Source: an uncultured delta proteobacterium (lineage in GTDB: Bacteria > Desulfobacterota > Binatia > UBA9968). Taken from it: a stretch of DNA of 64,000 nt. Shown here one piece after another: positions 31,033-42,003 of this stretch. Position 1 is the stretch's first letter, and every line of letters starts with the position of its first letter. The notes beneath the pieces were generated by a model. The model had not been told where the DNA came from. It was given only the letters and a program-made list of their open reading frames with translations, and ran no database searches. Location: NCBI GenBank assembly GCA_963737905.1, contig CAVTUQ010000001.1, positions 74,066 through 138,065 of the forward strand, read 5' to 3'. The position numbers and the translations under genes were made by a program.

Positions 31033-31752
31033 TTATAGCGGCAGATCAGCGACCGGGACCCCTGCGTCAATCGCCTTGCACTTCGCCTCTTCGGCAGCGG
31101 ATTTCTGCCGTGCCAGCTCGAGCACTTCCGCGGCCCGTGCTCGCGGAATAAAACAGACGCCGGTATCGTCGGCGAACACGATATCGCCCGGGGCCACACG
31201 AATGCCGGCAACCTCGATCTCACCGTTGATCTCAATCGTTTCGATACGCCATTTGCCGGTGACCGGCGTTACTTCCGTGGCCCATACGGGGTACCCCACG
31301 CGGCGTGAATGCGCGACGTCTCGAACGCCGCCTAAGACGATCGCTCCTGCCTCGCCCTGGCGCTTGCCGGTTTGCGCGGATATGCCGCCCATGTTTGAAA
31401 TGCCCGGCACCCCGTCGATCACGACCACGTCGCCCGGGCGAGCCAGATTGTGGGCCTCAAACTCGGCCATCTTGTTCACGTGCCGGCGCGCGGTCTCGTA
31501 GACGTGCTCGCGCTGCATGATGTTGCGCACCGTCAGCGCCGGTCCCACGATGCGTGAGCCCGCCAGGGTCGGCTTCAGCACCGATGCTCCGACCACGCCG
31601 GTAATCCCAAGCTCGTCCATTACGTCCGAAACAATCCCGGTGGCATCTCCCAGCGCCCGAAACCCCTCGATGATCCCGTCCGGCGGCCGCGGCGTTTCCA
31701 TCTTGCGGATACGCTCAGCTGCAATCTTCCCAGTCAGATTTTTTTCATCCAT
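31033..31752 (-). CDS. RraA-like / HMG-CHA aldolase family protein
   Basis: GPALTV, PGDVVVIDG, GGVRDV, VAPGDIVFADDTGVCFIP. Confidence 0.88.
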   Translation of the reverse strand: MDEKNLTGKIAAERIRKMETPRPPDGIIEGFRALGDATGIVSDVMDELGITGVVGASVLKPTLAGSRIVGPALTVRNIMQREHVYETARRHVNKMAEFEAHNLARPGDVVVIDGVPGISNMGGISAQTGKRQGEAGAIVLGGVRDVAHSRRVGYPVWATEVTPVTGKWRIETIEINGEIEVAGIRVAPGDIVFADDTGVCFIPRARAAEVLELARQKSAAEEAKCKAIDAGVPVADLPL

Positions 31753-31945
31753 GGTTGCGCTCCTTGAATGTCAATCAACAGAAATATTTCATTTATCAGC
31801 GACTTGAGACCTGTATATATGCTAGAAGCGCGCGTATGCTATGCGGCTAGATAAGCAAAAGCCCGGGGGTTGTATAGATCCCCGCGCCTTTAGTCTAGAT
31901 CCGGTGTGAGCCGAACCGAACGGCCACCCTTCCGGACGACTGTCG

Positions 31946-32365
31946 CTAGCTTAACAGCGGGTTACGAACTGTGATTTCGCCGTACTTTTGCCCATGGCTG
32001 AGATCCTCGGACCAAAGGGTTGCAGCCTCTTCTTTATGGGCGGCAGCCAGAATAAGTCCGTCCCAGAAACTCAGGCGGTGACGTTCAGCCATTTCACTCC
32101 CTGCGAGAATGTCCCGAGTTTCTAAAACCGCAACTGTCCAGGTACCTAGGTCTGAAATGATCTGGCGGGCTTCACGGGGTTTAAGAGGATTGGGGATCTT
32201 CGCTGTTACGGTCACGTAAAACTCTTGAAGTACCTGAGTGCTGACCACGCCTTCTCCCGTGTCCCAGAGTCTTTCCATAAGCTCTCGCGAGCGCTCAAAC
32301 TTGCGTCCCGCGGTCTGATCGTACGCGTAGACGAGAATGTTAGTATCCACGAACTCAGCGGACAT
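31946..32365 (-). CDS. PIN-domain toxin (VapC-like)
   Basis: FVDTNILVY, STQVLQEF, SFWDGLI, SEDL, VRNP. Confidence 0.9.
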   Translation of the reverse strand: MSAEFVDTNILVYAYDQTAGRKFERSRELMERLWDTGEGVVSTQVLQEFYVTVTAKIPNPLKPREARQIISDLGTWTVAVLETRDILAGSEMAERHRLSFWDGLILAAAHKEEAATLWSEDLSHGQKYGEITVRNPLLS

Positions 32366-32597
32366 GGAGATCCTCGCGCGTCCAACGAACCCTGCCTTTC
32401 GTGCCAAGTCTTAACCCGCGGCGCATCAGGGTGCGCTGCCTCTCAGCAGCCAGGCGCATTTCTGAAAGACGCTTGACTCGTTCTTCCAGAGCCTCCACGA
32501 GAAAGCCTGACAAGGAGATTCCTCGATCAACCGCGAAGTGCTTGGCCTCACGAAGGATATCTTTAGGAATGGAGAGGGTGATGTTTTGCTTTTCCAC
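32355..32597 (-). CDS. Ribbon-helix-helix antitoxin (VapB-like)
   Basis: QNITLSIPKDILREAK..ISLSG, C-terminal WTREDLH; overlaps the toxin start. Confidence 0.85.
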   Translation of the reverse strand: MEKQNITLSIPKDILREAKHFAVDRGISLSGFLVEALEERVKRLSEMRLAAERQRTLMRRGLRLGTKGRVRWTREDLHVR

Positions 32598-32755
32598 GCG
32601 TTTACGTGTAGCACGCGACTTCCCCCATTGCAACACGGAAGGGCCTAAACCAAAAACACCCGCCCTATTTATAAATCGAGCGTTTTTATATAAATCCGGC
32701 AGGACCCTATTTGTCGTTTGGCTCCCTTTGAAATTTCGATCTCTTTACTGCGTGG

Positions 32756-33736
32756 CTATCTCTGTGCGCGCTGGTTTCGTTTGGTGCCGAGCTCATCAAG
32801 AATCGACAAGTCCACAACCCTATTGGCACTGATCGATCCGAGTTTTTTGTCCACGTAGGCCGACATCCGGATCAGATTCTTAACCGCCTCATCGGGTGGG
32901 TAAAGTGTGGCATCCGAGTTGGAGTGCAGGTACTGGTAGGCGAAATCCACTACGTCAGCGTCATGGCTATTCAACAATTTAGTCAACGGACCTATGGTGC
33001 CTTCCCTATTGTCGACGAGATAGCGCGTCGCGTCGGAAAAGGCTTTGACAAATTTCTTCACGGTTGATCTTTGGCCGGCGAGATAGGAACGTTTGGCGGC
33101 GATCGGCGCATTCATGAACGGAGTAGGTTTCCCGCGCAATACAAAAAATCCCCTTTTCACCATGATGGGTTCGAGTAGCGCGTCGGCGAGAGTGGCATCG
33201 ATCCCACCTCGCATCAAGGCCGACACCCTCTCCTGGGAGCCGCCACCCATCTGCAGCAACGTAAGGTCCTTGACCGGGTCGAGTCCGGCGTCCTGCAACA
33301 GAACATGAATGATCAGCCAAGGCTTGCTTCCTGCGCGGTTGACCCCGACCTTTTTTCCCCGTAGCTCGCGGATATCGGTGATTTTTTCCCGCGTCACCCA
33401 GACATAGGGCACGAGGTTGTCCCAGCTGCCAAGGGCGACAACGTCCGCGCCTTGTGCATGGCTGGGTAGCAGTCCCGTGGGCGCGCCCACGGCCGCATGA
33501 ACATCCCCGGAAATCAGGGCCTGGTAAGTCGTGGGCGCGCTGTTGATCCTGACCGGCTCGACGATCAAGCCCTCCTTCTGAAAAAACCCCCTGTCATTAC
33601 CCACGAGCACGGGGAAGGCCGCCGTCGGAAATAACGGGATCGCAACACGCATCGTCTCTTGCGCCGGCACACTTCCCGCTGTGAGTCCTAGAATTAGGAG
33701 CAAAATTATCGAGCGAAGCAAAGGTGCAATCTTCAT
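32756..33736 (-). CDS. NitT/TauT-type ABC substrate-binding protein
   Basis: Signal peptide; GFFQKEGL, ALISGDV, ELRGKKVGV, AGLDP. Confidence 0.88.
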   Translation of the reverse strand: MKIAPLLRSIILLLILGLTAGSVPAQETMRVAIPLFPTAAFPVLVGNDRGFFQKEGLIVEPVRINSAPTTYQALISGDVHAAVGAPTGLLPSHAQGADVVALGSWDNLVPYVWVTREKITDIRELRGKKVGVNRAGSKPWLIIHVLLQDAGLDPVKDLTLLQMGGGSQERVSALMRGGIDATLADALLEPIMVKRGFFVLRGKPTPFMNAPIAAKRSYLAGQRSTVKKFVKAFSDATRYLVDNREGTIGPLTKLLNSHDADVVDFAYQYLHSNSDATLYPPDEAVKNLIRMSAYVDKKLGSISANRVVDLSILDELGTKRNQRAQR

Positions 33737-33995
33737 ATCTGCCCCCGTCTGATGCGACCGGCCTCGGCAAGGATGAGGATCCCGGCGCACAAGGCAATAT
33801 TCTTTCATCAGCTAGTCCTTGTTTTGCAGATAAGAGGGCCCCGAGTCAATCCACCCAGATACTTTGCGCCAGGCAACATCAACACTCAACTTGAGACTGA
33901 CCGCTAACTCCTGTACTACAGATGACCACGGGTGTGGCCGTTGCCGGTAAAATGAAGAACGCCGCTCGGATAGCTAAGGGGATTTGCAACAAGAG

Positions 33996-35462
33996 ATGAA
34001 AGAAATCCACTTTGTCGATACCACCTTGCGCGACGGCCAGCTAAGCCTTTGGGCATCCAATATGACCACCGGTATGATGCTGCCTATCGTCGAAAATATC
34101 GATCGCGCCGGCTTCGAGGGCATGGAGCTCTTGTCTTCCGCATTCTTCAAAAAATGCGTGCGGGACTTAAAAGACGATCTCTGGGAGCGCGCGCGATTGG
34201 TTGCCAGACGTGTCAAGCATACGCCGCTTAGATCGATTCGCAGCCGCTCGATGCTGGCTTTCCAAATAACTCCCCCGGCGATTACCGATCTATGGTTAGA
34301 ACGATTGGCGGCTAACGGAATCACCGAGCTCCGCACTTCGGATCCTTCAAATACGCCGAAATACTGGGCCGAAGCCATCCGAACGGCTAACCGTGTGGGG
34401 CTGAAGACCATTCTCAACATTATTTATTCTATTTCGCCCAAGCACAGCGATGACTATTTTGCCTATCGGTTCCGCGAAGCCGCAAAAATGAAACCCTACC
34501 GTTTGTGCTTTAAAGATCCCGGCGGACTCCTCACTCCCGACGCGACCCGGCGGCTGGTACCGATTCTTTTGCGCGAAGCCAACGAAACCCCTGTGGAGTT
34601 TCACACCCATTGCAACACGGGCCTGGGCGCTCTGTGTTGCCTGGAAGCCATCAAGCTCGGAATCACCTCGATCAATACGGCCATCCCGCCGTTGGCCGAT
34701 GGCTCCTCGAACCCTTCGGTATTCAACGTCGCCATGAACGCCCGTGCTCTGGGCTATGATCCAGTCATCGATGAAGAAGCGATCAAGCCCGTGCGCGATC
34801 ACTTTACCGCCATCGCAAAGCAAGAAACGTTGCCTATTGGCAAGCCTCTGGAATACGATGCCTTGCATCCGATGCATCAGGTTCCCGGCGGCATGATTTC
34901 CAATTTCCGGTTTCAGCTCTCAAACCTGGGCAAATTGGAAAAACTTCCCGAGGTTCTCGAAGAAGTCACACGTGTCCGCACCGAATTTGGCTACCCCATT
35001 ATGGTGACACCCTATTCGCAGTTCTTCGGCGTTCAAGCCGCCGTGAATGTCATGGTGGGCGAGCGCTACAAGGAAGTCACCGACGAAGTTCTTTTGTACG
35101 CCCTCGGTTTATGGGGCGAGGAGGAAGCGGAGTCCATCGAGCCGAATTTAAGAGATAAGCTTCTCCATCGTCCCAGAGCTAAAGAGCTGAGCAAGCTCAA
35201 GGCGCCGGAGATGACGCTCAAAGAGTTTAGAGAGAAGTTCGGCGGAGCCGGGGTGTCCGATGATGATGCGATTCTGCGCTATTTCGCCGGCGAAGAATAT
35301 GTCGCCGCGATGAAAGCCGCGGGCCCACCCAGGGAATACGCGAGCGGCAAAAGTCCCCTGTTGATGTTGATCGAGCAGGCAACGCAGCAAAAGCATTCAC
35401 GGCAGATCTACATCCGACAAGGAAACTTGACGGTTCGCCTGGAAAAGAGAAAAGGCGGGTAA
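33996..35462 (+). CDS. Pyruvate/oxaloacetate carboxyltransferase (HMGL-like + PYC_OADA), no biotinyl domain
   Basis: DTTLRDGQLSL, CFKDPGGLL, FHTHCNTG, HQVPGGMISN, GYPIMVTPYSQ; no AMKM motif. Confidence 0.9.
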   Translation: MKEIHFVDTTLRDGQLSLWASNMTTGMMLPIVENIDRAGFEGMELLSSAFFKKCVRDLKDDLWERARLVARRVKHTPLRSIRSRSMLAFQITPPAITDLWLERLAANGITELRTSDPSNTPKYWAEAIRTANRVGLKTILNIIYSISPKHSDDYFAYRFREAAKMKPYRLCFKDPGGLLTPDATRRLVPILLREANETPVEFHTHCNTGLGALCCLEAIKLGITSINTAIPPLADGSSNPSVFNVAMNARALGYDPVIDEEAIKPVRDHFTAIAKQETLPIGKPLEYDALHPMHQVPGGMISNFRFQLSNLGKLEKLPEVLEEVTRVRTEFGYPIMVTPYSQFFGVQAAVNVMVGERYKEVTDEVLLYALGLWGEEEAESIEPNLRDKLLHRPRAKELSKLKAPEMTLKEFREKFGGAGVSDDDAILRYFAGEEYVAAMKAAGPPREYASGKSPLLMLIEQATQQKHSRQIYIRQGNLTVRLEKRKGG

Positions 35463-35521
35463 CTTTACAAACCCTGAGTTCTGACGGATGCGTGAACTAT
35501 TTTTTCTGCTGAACGGAACGG

Positions 35522-36233
35522 CTACGATGCTTTCTCCATCGCTTGCGCCATGCCGCCGAAATAGGCGCGATGGATGTCCATCGATTCCTTCGCGGTTGCG
35601 AGAACATCCTGCTCCCGTCCCGGCACCGCATATTTTTCCAGAACATCGATGAACATCTCGGAATGTTTCACGTCGGCCTTGCTATGGACCGTAAAGTTCG
35701 GCATCTGCGCGGCGCTGAAATTTAGATCCTGCGACCAAATCTTGTAGAGCCGGCTGCAATTTCCTCCGCCCATATCGCCCAACAGCCGGTCGTCATTGGT
35801 CCACTCCGCGATGGTCGACGCCGCGATGGCTTCCTGCCACGGACGCGTGGCGCGCGATCCAGAACCACGCGTAGGTTGCCGCCTTGGTCGTGGGCAACGG
35901 CTCGGCGTTCATGACATCATCGACGCTCAACCCAACTTCTTTTCCTTGACGAGCAATGAGATCCATATGGCCGGTCTTTGAATGCTCGTCTTCAACGAGC
36001 TCCTCATACTCGTGCGACATGATGCGTTGCTTCACGTCGAACTCCGGACAATTGGCCGCCACCTGCGGCCAATTGTTGCGCCGCTGGCGAGCATAAAGGC
36101 CCAGCTGCAAAAGATAGATTTGCGCGCGCGCCCGAGTCAGTTTGACCGAGTAAAAATGCTCCATCTCCGGCGTGCGGAAGAAATCCCGCACACAATCACC
36201 GAGCGCCTGCCGCCATTCCTGTGCTTTCATCAA
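35522..36233 (-). CDS. Heme-oxygenase-like diiron / PqqC-CADD-TenA fold protein (frameshift near 35850)
   Basis: HEYEELVEDEHSKTGH in the first ORF; after the shift PWQEAIAASTIAEWTN...FTVHSKADVKH. Confidence 0.75.
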
Positions 36234-36301
36234 ACTACCTCCTAGAGACGATAGAAGACTTAAGAAAGCTGTTTTGCATTTGCCGATCCCTCATTATGTT
36301 C

Positions 36302-37192
36302 TCACTCCAACGTGATCGTCTGCAAAAACTCCGGGATGATTACCCTGATGTTGCGATCTACGGATTTGACCTCCCGCTCCAAGCGCTGCGCTCTTCTTCT
36401 AACTGCTGCTGTCATTCCACTGGAAAGCGGCACGCGCCAATCGTCGTAGTGATGGACGATGACGGTCTTGGGTCGAAGAATCTTGATGGCCTCGGTCCAA
36501 TCGTGATTGCTGTTCTCGGCGAGTATCGCGACATCGGGCTGTAATCCGTGGAGATTCTCTGCGATGAAGTTGCCGGTGCTTTGGTCCAGCAGACGGAGTT
36601 TGCCGAACGTAAAATAATAGAGGTAACTTCCACCCTCGACGAAGTGTTTTCCGAGAATCGGGCCTGACAGCGGGCTGGTGATTTCCGTTGCCTTGGGTTG
36701 CCGTCTTTCACCGCCCCGCTTCAGTACGCCGTGCTGGCTTTCGATAACCTGCACCGAGAAGTCTTTGAAATCCAATTTCTCACCGCCGCTGATCGCCGTC
36801 AATTGGGCTTTGTCTACGCCCGCGCTCAAAGAGAGATTGATCGTGGTTCTGGAGCCGATGACCTTGGCCCCGAAGCGCCTGGCGATGAATGGGATGTCAG
36901 CGATATGGTCGGCGTGGCTGTGGCCCGCGAATATATAGTCGGCACCGCCGATAACGTTCAGGACAGCCTCTTCGTCAGTTTTCCATTCTTCTCCCGCAAC
37001 CGCCTGCTTACGCGTCAAAAAGGGATCGATCAAGATCTTGGTCTGAGCGAACTGAATTTCCCACCCGGCGGTGCCGAGCCACTTCAGGGTGACTCGCTGT
37101 GTTTGCGGCAAAGGAGTTTCCGACTCGGCGGCTTGCACAGGTCGGACAGCGATCGAAGCCACGATGAGACTGACCATCAAGACAATCTTCAT
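36302..37192 (-). CDS. Exported MBL-fold metallo-hydrolase (UlaG-like)
   Basis: WLGTAG, LIDPF, GHSHADHIAD, VHHYDD; signal peptide. Confidence 0.9.
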   Translation of the reverse strand: MKIVLMVSLIVASIAVRPVQAAESETPLPQTQRVTLKWLGTAGWEIQFAQTKILIDPFLTRKQAVAGEEWKTDEEAVLNVIGGADYIFAGHSHADHIADIPFIARRFGAKVIGSRTTINLSLSAGVDKAQLTAISGGEKLDFKDFSVQVIESQHGVLKRGGERRQPKATEITSPLSGPILGKHFVEGGSYLYYFTFGKLRLLDQSTGNFIAENLHGLQPDVAILAENSNHDWTEAIKILRPKTVIVHHYDDWRVPLSSGMTAAVRRRAQRLEREVKSVDRNIRVIIPEFLQTITLE

Positions 37193-37250
37193 GATGATCC
37201 TCCCGCCTGTGAAGATTCACGGTCTTTCTCTTAGCTTAATCCTGCCGCGG

Positions 37251-38765
37251 TCAGGATTTAATTTTCATTTCTGCCGCGAGAATTTTATTGTCAGGAGTGC
37301 CTTTCCAGATAACATTTCTGGCCAACCCGTAAAGCTCTGCCAAGGTATAAAGCGGCGCGAAGGGAACGTCCTCCATGAGGATGCGTCCCGCCTGGTGCAG
37401 TATGGCAACGCGTTTTTTGTGATCACCGATTTTTTGCTCTTCTTCGATGAGTTTGTCGAATTCCGTATTGCTGTAAAGGATCCGCTTCGATGAGCCGGTG
37501 CGGAAGTATTGATCGAAATAGGTATCGGCGTCGCTGCCGTTACTGCCGGCGTAGTAAAACGGTAGCTTGCCTCCATTGACGCCTTCTTTTCCCCAATAGA
37601 CCGCGTATTCCTGCCCGACAGGCTCGACTTTGATACCGACCTTCGCCAGTTGATTGGCAATCACTTCGCAAGCCTCTCTTCCTTTGAGATGCCGATCAGG
37701 AGAAAAATAGAGCTTGGTCTCAAAACCATTTGGATAACCCGCTTTGCCGAGCAGCTCCCGAGACTTTTTAAGATCGTAGGGATAACGCTTGATGTTGGGG
37801 TCATAGCCCACCCAGTTGGTGCCCAATGGACCGTCGACGACGGCGCCGTTGCCGTCATAGATGTGCTTGAGCAGTACGTAGGGATCCAGCGCGTAATTGA
37901 TCGCCTGGCGCACGAGCTTGTTGTCGAAGGGTTTAAAGGTAACGTTCATCCCCAAGAAATACATCCGAAATCCCACCACCTTTTCCACCCGGTTACGCGG
38001 ATGCTTTCTGACGCGCTCGATGTCTTCAATCGGAAGGTTGCTGATAACGTCCGCTTGACCTGCCAGCAACCCCGCGACGCGGGCCGCTTCCTCCTTCACT
38101 CCTTTAAGAATCACTTCCTTGATCTCCGCTTTGGTTCCCCAATAATCGTCATTGCGGGCTAGCACCAAATTACCGCCCCGTTGCCAGCTGACGAACTTAT
38201 AGGGACCGGTGCCGATGGTCTGGTTGTCGAGTGGGTCGCCGGCGTCCTTGCTGATGATGAAACGGGTGTCGAGTCGGGCCAGAAGAAGGGCATTGGGATT
38301 CTTTGTCGTGAGCACGACCGTATGATCGTCCGGGGTTTCGACCTCGACGTTGTCGACGTACGATCCCTGCATGCTTCGTTTGTCGTTTTTCAATCGGTCG
38401 ATGGAAAAGGCCACATCCTTCGACGTAAACGGTGAGCCGTTATGAAAGCGGATACCTTTTCTCAAGTGAAAAACCCACTTCCTTCCCTGAAATTCCCAGG
38501 ACTCGGCCAGCACACCGATGTATTCGTTCCGTCCGTAGTCCATCTGGATGAGGGGCTCTATGAGATGGCGCCAAATGCCGGTGATGCCGCCGCCGCTATA
38601 CCCGTAGGGATGCAACGAATCGAGGCTGACTCCTTGATAGATCACCACCCGATCATTCGAGGCTGCCCAACCCATCCGAGTCACGGAAGGCCCAATGAGA
38701 CTTCCTAAGCCTATCGTGGCGCTTTGACGCAAGAACTGCCGTCGATTGAATGTCTTCCCGCGCAT
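37251..38765 (-). CDS. Family 5 (peptide/nickel) ABC substrate-binding protein with Tat signal
   Basis: NRRQFL twin-arginine leader; LAESWE, LRKGIRFHNG, GTGPYKF, PFDNKLVRQAINYA. Confidence 0.92.
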   Translation of the reverse strand: MRGKTFNRRQFLRQSATIGLGSLIGPSVTRMGWAASNDRVVIYQGVSLDSLHPYGYSGGGITGIWRHLIEPLIQMDYGRNEYIGVLAESWEFQGRKWVFHLRKGIRFHNGSPFTSKDVAFSIDRLKNDKRSMQGSYVDNVEVETPDDHTVVLTTKNPNALLLARLDTRFIISKDAGDPLDNQTIGTGPYKFVSWQRGGNLVLARNDDYWGTKAEIKEVILKGVKEEAARVAGLLAGQADVISNLPIEDIERVRKHPRNRVEKVVGFRMYFLGMNVTFKPFDNKLVRQAINYALDPYVLLKHIYDGNGAVVDGPLGTNWVGYDPNIKRYPYDLKKSRELLGKAGYPNGFETKLYFSPDRHLKGREACEVIANQLAKVGIKVEPVGQEYAVYWGKEGVNGGKLPFYYAGSNGSDADTYFDQYFRTGSSKRILYSNTEFDKLIEEEQKIGDHKKRVAILHQAGRILMEDVPFAPLYTLAELYGLARNVIWKGTPDNKILAAEMKIKS

Positions 38766-39055
38766 GGGACCTCCTGGGTCAGGGAACGGAGCGCTCGCCA
38801 AGAGTGCTTTTCTGGATTTTTTCCCGTAGTAGATGATCGGACTTTACCTGAGCCAGTTATATTAACCAACTTCAGGCGGTGTCAACAAAATGTATGGTTC
38901 ACCAATCCTGCTGTTAACGAACGGGTGGGGCCGAAAAATCCCCAGCCCAGGTGATCGATCGGGAGCCTTCCTGATCGTCTCAAGTTGTTAAGGTTCGTCA
39001 GGTGTATTACCTCGGAAGTGAGGCGTTAGGGGACGTGTTTGACCGTGTATTTGGG

Positions 39056-39550
39056 CTATTGTTTCTGGGATTTCGCCTGCAGCATTGCTCGGCGTTCGAG
39101 ACTTTCCCTGGGCCACAGCTCGGATGACTTGTAGTACTGGGCCACAGCAGGCATGTCATGCGGAATGACGACCCAAGGCTGCTTTGACTCGGTGTAGATG
39201 TGAATGTCGGGTGGAAGGCGGTCCGGTTCATCCAGGGAGCCGACACGGATGAATCGGATAGCATCGCCTGCGCCAGCGTAGTTGCTCCAAACCGCAACGC
39301 GACATCTGGGGCAGCGGGAGATCTTCTGACCTTTGCCACTGTTCGATGGTGTGGTGATGACTTCAACCTCTCCCTCGAGTAACTGGACACGGTCGGCTTC
39401 GATGAGCGCGTTCAGGGCAAACGAGGCACCGGTTTCGCGCTGGCACCAGCGGCAGTGACAGCAGTGAACGAATAGCGGCTTCGTCGTCATCCGATAGCGC
39501 ACGAAGCGGCATGTGCAACTGCCGTCTAAGAACTTGAATTCTGTGCTCAT
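39056..39550 (-). CDS. GFA/CENP-V family protein
   Basis: GSCTC, CCHCRWCQR, RCPRC zinc motifs. Confidence 0.92.
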   Translation of the reverse strand: MSTEFKFLDGSCTCRFVRYRMTTKPLFVHCCHCRWCQRETGASFALNALIEADRVQLLEGEVEVITTPSNSGKGQKISRCPRCRVAVWSNYAGAGDAIRFIRVGSLDEPDRLPPDIHIYTESKQPWVVIPHDMPAVAQYYKSSELWPRESLERRAMLQAKSQKQ

Positions 39551-39659
39551 GGCGCGATGACCGCTAAAGACCGCTCAGGATGGCGGCCTATCTCTGTAAC
39601 AGTCTATTTCTTGCACCACATCAGAGTCAATCCATTTCACTAAGACTCACCGAAAGGAT

Positions 39660-39873
39660 TGAGCGGAGTCTGCGCAGACAACTATCGTTAAGCGAAGCGT
39701 GAATGGACTAGGAAAGAGACCAGAATCCAGCCTACCCTCACGACTGACCCCGAGCTTCGTTTGCTCGGTAGATTGGGCATATCACAGAATCATCTTAAGG
39801 ATACACGGGGAAGCAAAGTTTCGAGATCGCGCGGGCAGCATTCGACGAATTTGCCAACAAAAGATTTGACCCC
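39660..39873 (+). mobile_element. Non-autonomous REP-transposase derivative
   Basis: Matches 46688-46860 (GCGGAGTCTGCGCAGACAACTATC ... CGAATTTGCCAACAAAAGATTTGACCC). Confidence 0.7.
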
Positions 39874-39884
39874 TTTCGATTCTT

Positions 39885-40312
39885 GTGGAGCGTTACTACG
39901 TGGCGCAGCGACAGATTCCGATCCGCGGCAGCGAAAAGTTCATTGAGCGGCTAGGACGGCCAGAGGTGGCGGCGGTGGCTCGGGACCATGCGCGTTATGA
40001 ACGGCGAGCGGTACAGGCGGGACCCGAGCGGGTTGTCAGCGAAGTGGTGCGGCAGTACCGAGTGAGCCGGGAAGCCATCTTTGGGGGGAAGCGGGGGCAA
40101 GAGAACGAGGCGCGCAAAAGTGGCGATGTATCTGGTGAAGCGGTATTGCGACCGGACGTTGCCTGAGATGGCGAAAGACTTCGGGGTTGGCAGTAACTCT
40201 ACAGTGAGCTGGAGTTACCGCGGGATAGAAGCCAGGATGGTCAAGGAAAAAAAGCTCAGAGATCGCATCGAGAAGATCGTTGCCAGTATTAATCAACTCC
40301 ATACTTGACCCC
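39885..40312 (+). pseudogene. C-terminal remnant of a REP-associated tyrosine (Y1) transposase with DnaA-C-like HTH
   Basis: GSEKFIERL...NEARKVAMYLVKRYCDRTLPEMAKDFGVGSNSTVS; stop codon lies inside ACTTGACCCC; catalytic N-terminus absent; frameshift near 40117. Confidence 0.7.
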
Positions 40313-40437
40313 GTTGACTCTCCACGCAGACTTTATGGGCTTTAGGGGTCAAGTGTAGAGTTGGATGTCGGTTCAGACAAGAAAATGCTGTCGAAAGCTG
40401 GTTTCACCGCAGCACGTGTGCGGCCCGCTTCCCGCCC

Positions 40438-41118
40438 TTATTGGAACGTGATCAGATCGGTCCGACTCAAGGTCGATGTTTTCTCCTTGAGGGGTTGGTT
40501 CGTCGGATTCGCGCTATTTTGATTCAATATCTGGTAAAGACCGATGACTTCCTCATAATCGTTGGGCCCCAGGCTCGCATCTAACGGGATCACGACCGTG
40601 TAGCCGCGCAACGTTGCTCCGACCGACGTGTAGAGTACCGACCCGCTGATCTTCCAGCCGGTGAGAATGAGCGTCGTAACGCCTTTTGCCTTAAGAATTT
40701 TGTCCAGGTCGGTATTGAAAAACCGGTCCTGCCCATAGGACACAAAGGTCACGTCGCCCTTCGCGGGTGCGACTTCCGGCATCCATTTCGACATCGTCGG
40801 CTCTCGCGTCCCGTATCCCACAGTGATGCCAGCTTTGCGCGCGCGCGCCAACAACCCACTGATTGCGGGCACCATGGTTTTGAGGCAATTGGGCCTGGAC
40901 GCGCAGATCGGTTCGACAACGTCAAATACCAGCAGCGCCGTGCTCTCAGGCTTCAGCGTCACCGGGACAGGGTCAGGGATCGGCGGCATCTGCAGTGTGA
41001 TCATTGGCTTGGCGGCTCCGTTTCCAGGTGGCGCGGGCACAGCGCTTTGTGCAGTCGCTGATCCGGCATATGTCGCAAACGCGAGAAAAGTGACGAGGGC
41101 GAGGGTAAATGAACCCAT
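40438..41118 (-). CDS. Exported isochorismatase-fold protein lacking the catalytic Cys
   Basis: Signal peptide; TALLVFDV; LILTGWKISGSVLYT..ATLRGY. Confidence 0.85.
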   Translation of the reverse strand: MGSFTLALVTFLAFATYAGSATAQSAVPAPPGNGAAKPMITLQMPPIPDPVPVTLKPESTALLVFDVVEPICASRPNCLKTMVPAISGLLARARKAGITVGYGTREPTMSKWMPEVAPAKGDVTFVSYGQDRFFNTDLDKILKAKGVTTLILTGWKISGSVLYTSVGATLRGYTVVIPLDASLGPNDYEEVIGLYQILNQNSANPTNQPLKEKTSTLSRTDLITFQ

Positions 41119-42003
41119 GAGGATGCTCCCGTTTTCTGGATAGGAATTATTAAACCACCTTTTTGAGTGGAGATATATCGCCAGAACGCCGAGCCCGTCA
41201 AGCGCAGCTGAGTTTAGTAAGAATTGCGGACTTCATCCGAGGTCCAAACCCGATCAGGGTTTATTCTCTGCGGAAAATGGCGAACCGAGCCCAGCTTTGC
41301 CACAACGTTGCCAGACTATATGCCACTATGTGTTCCAATCAGTACATTGATTCGTAGCGCATGCTCACAGCGGCGAAGGGAATGTGTGTTCTGGTCGAGT
41401 GATCAATTTTTTCTGTCCTGCCGACATTCAAAGCAACTGCAAAGCAGAGAAAAATATTTGTTTTTATCGTGTCGTTAAAGCGGCACAGAGAATTGAGAAT
41501 CCTCTGCTCTTTCCATTCGATTGCGTTTCAGGCGGAGGCTGTCTTGGGAATTCGGGATGTCCTGATCTGGTCGGGAAATTCGATGAGAAAATCAGGGAAA
41601 CTCCGATTGTAGAACATCCGAAGCTATGACAATCATCACCTTGAGCCAGGTACGTTTCATCGAAATACGCAAACAGATAAGTCGGGATGGCGGATCAAAA
41701 CAAGCGAAAGGAGAACCAATGAATACCCGCCGCAGCGCCGTAGCGATCACAACAGTGTTGCGGGCACCGCCCGCAGTTGCTTTCCTTGCGTTTCCGTCGA
41801 GGGACATAAGATCACCTTGTTGGATAGTCTCTGGCCAAAGTGACGAATGGAGGCTGCTTTTCTGTGTCCGACTCGCTATCGCGCTGTTGACAGACTGGCT
41901 CGCAAGCAGCTGATGGAGCCGGTTTCAGTTATTCGTGTCGAGATCCACAAAGCAATTCCTATCATTACAAATTTGGTGCTCAACCTAACGTGGGAGGTAA
42001 GAA

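Noticed and set aside
31830-31945. Possible small RNA between the RraA-like gene and the PIN toxin
   Set aside because: Only short hairpins; no RNA family I can recognise.
41160-41990. Short ORFs in the spacer before the tandem genes
   Set aside because: No ribosome sites or motifs, and conflicting frames.
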